A program made the translations under genes and the position numbers. Source: Nitrospirota bacterium (GTDB lineage Bacteria; Nitrospirota; UBA9217). Taken from it: DNA of 64,000 nt. The stretch is from positions 6,615 through 70,614 of the forward strand of contig JAKAHZ010000003.1 in NCBI GenBank assembly GCA_021814615.1. The letters run 5' to 3'. The notes under the pieces were generated by a model. That model saw only the letters and a list, made by a program, of their open reading frames with translations, did not search any database and was not told the origin of the DNA. Each line of letters opens with the position of its first letter. The first letter of the stretch is position 1. This document shows, in pieces, positions 62,750 to 64,000 of this stretch.

Positions 62750-62779
62750 TTATTGAAAGGAAGTGGAAGGAGGCTTGCC

Positions 62780-63463
62780 ATGCAGGGCACTGTGGTCAGG
62801 GAAATCGGCCCATGCATGCCCGCGAAAGGGCCGAAAAAGCGGGTACTGCAGGTCCGCCTCACTTCGATCTGCAACATGCATTGCCGCTTCTGCGTCCGGG
62901 AGAGGACTTCCGACGGCAGGGAATGGCGCGAAGGCATCGGCGCGACCGTCATGACCGTCGATGCGGCGACGGAACTCCTTTCCCGCAGCATGGGGTCGCC
63001 CGATCCTCCCGAAGGCGTGGAGATCACCGGTCCCGGCGAGCCGCTGCTCGACGCCTCGACGTACCTCTTTCTCCGGCGGCTGCACGGCATGTACCCGCAG
63101 CTGTTTCTTTCCGTCCGGACGAACGGCATCCTGCTGCAGGAGCGGATCGGCGATCTCATCCGTTCCGGCTGCAGGGGCGTGACCCTGTCCCTGAACGCGG
63201 CGACGATGAACGCGGGGGAACGGATTTTCGAGAGCGTCATCTTCCGCGGACGGCGGTACGAAGGTTCCGACGCCGCCAGGATCATTCTGCAGCAGCAATG
63301 GACCGGGCTCGAACAGGCGATCGAAGCAGGACTCGCCGTATCCGTGCAGATCGCCAGGATTGCGAGGGTGAACGAAGAGGAGATCGACCGGATCGCCTCG
63401 CTTGCTGAAATGATCGGCGCGGAGCGGGTTTCCGTGACGGACTTCGACGGTCGGATCGCCTGA
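62780..63463 (+). CDS. Radical SAM protein (short NifB/MoaA-like core)
   Basis: CNMHCRFC cluster motif, GPGEPLL, SVRTNG and TLSLNA blocks. GGAAGGAGG RBS. Confidence 0.8.
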   Translation: MQGTVVREIGPCMPAKGPKKRVLQVRLTSICNMHCRFCVRERTSDGREWREGIGATVMTVDAATELLSRSMGSPDPPEGVEITGPGEPLLDASTYLFLRRLHGMYPQLFLSVRTNGILLQERIGDLIRSGCRGVTLSLNAATMNAGERIFESVIFRGRRYEGSDAARIILQQQWTGLEQAIEAGLAVSVQIARIARVNEEEIDRIASLAEMIGAERVSVTDFDGRIA

Positions 63464-63708
63464 CGGAACGCTTCCTTTGTCACCTTGACACCTCGGCTTC
63501 ATCGGGAGCACTTGCATGGCAACCCCCTGTTTCCTGCCATGCCTGTGCTCCCCTCCCTTTTCCGCCCGTCAAACCGGCGAATTCTCTGATCACTTCTTCA
63601 CCACCTGCAATCTAATTCATCAGACCTCACACGCTCCTTCCGTACTCAACCAGACGCGCTCGGCGCAATATCCGCGAAGAATCAATAGGTTCACGTTCGA
63701 ACATCCGA

Positions 63709-63724
63709 TGGCACGGCCCTTGCT
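63709..63724 (+). promoter_or_regulatory. Near-perfect sigma54 -24/-12 promoter
   Basis: TGGCACGGCCCTTGCT versus consensus TGGCACG-N4-TTGCW. Lies 125 nt upstream of ATG 63849. Confidence 0.55.
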
Positions 63725-63848
63725 ATTACCGGTACAGGAAGCTGAAAGGAAGAGCAGCTTCGAGAGACTCCGGAGGTCTTTCATCATTTGACGTACTGTC
63801 CGGCAACGGGCAGCATTACAACCCGGCGGAATGGAGGAGGGGACGGTT

Positions 63849-64000
63849 ATGAAAAGAATAGCGGTAGTTCTCGGTTTGGTGCTGCTTGCGGGCAGCGCTT
63901 TCGCGACGCCATCGACGCAGATCTGGATCCCGTCGACGGACGTGCAGGGGTATATGAAGTGGCATTTTGGGTTCGATGAGTACATGAAGGCGCGCGGCGA
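63849..64000 (+). CDS. N-terminal fragment of a secreted hypothetical protein (runs off the window)
   Basis: GGAGGAGGGGA RBS. MKRIAVVLGLVLLAGSAFATPSTQIWIPSTD signal peptide. Confidence 0.5.
   Translation, partial: MKRIAVVLGLVLLAGSAFATPSTQIWIPSTDVQGYMKWHFGFDEYMKARG

Noticed and set aside
1-64000. tRNA, rRNA, tmRNA, RNase P or integrase/transposase genes
   Set aside because: None was recognised by eye on either strand. tRNAscan/Infernal were not run, so small RNAs cannot be excluded.

Overview
High-GC bacterial chromosome segment, roughly 60% GC by eye. The gene content looks like an anaerobic Desulfobacterota/Geobacter-like or related uncultured lineage, but that is inference only. I support about 65 protein genes. 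I found no rRNA, tRNA or CRISPR array. All calls come from reading the ORF translations and the DNA by eye; no BLAST, HMM or folding was run.

Main content:
1. 1680-10720: an extracellular-electron-transfer style module behind an abruptly AT-rich control region with a near-consensus sigma54 -24/-12 element. It encodes a secreted tetrahaem cytochrome c, a 938-aa secreted NHL + BACON-like + FG-GAP double beta-propeller protein, and a 1581-aa cytochrome with 27 CXXCH plus 8 CX4CH motifs (hand count) arranged partly as seven tandem modules. A pirin gene remnant lies at its right edge.
2. 10992-14665: a copper-type P1B ATPase module. The ATPase carries an in-frame ~60-codon low-complexity insertion whose DNA matches an intergenic repeat family found elsewhere in the window.
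3. 34760-36169: a class-I flavoprotein disulfide reductase whose redox CxxxxC motif reads C-L-N-T-G-TGA. A perfect hairpin sits 18 nt downstream, making it a candidate selenoprotein. It also ends in a natural His6 tail.
4. A pervasive family of intergenic word-stutter palindromes, seen at 12 or more loci. One encloses a decayed GxxExxY nuclease gene that is itself split by a 142-bp TA-flanked MITE-like element.
5. 39137-39838: a BrnT/BrnA toxin-antitoxin cassette bracketed by a perfect 29-nt duplication of the typA terminator, next to a low-GC orphan gene.
6. Housekeeping and accessory genes: Ogg2, GlgC, TypA, HtrA, AOR, ApbE, an archaeal-type SAM synthetase, a MarR-TolC-EmrAB efflux operon, VapBC, and a haem-sensor hybrid kinase.
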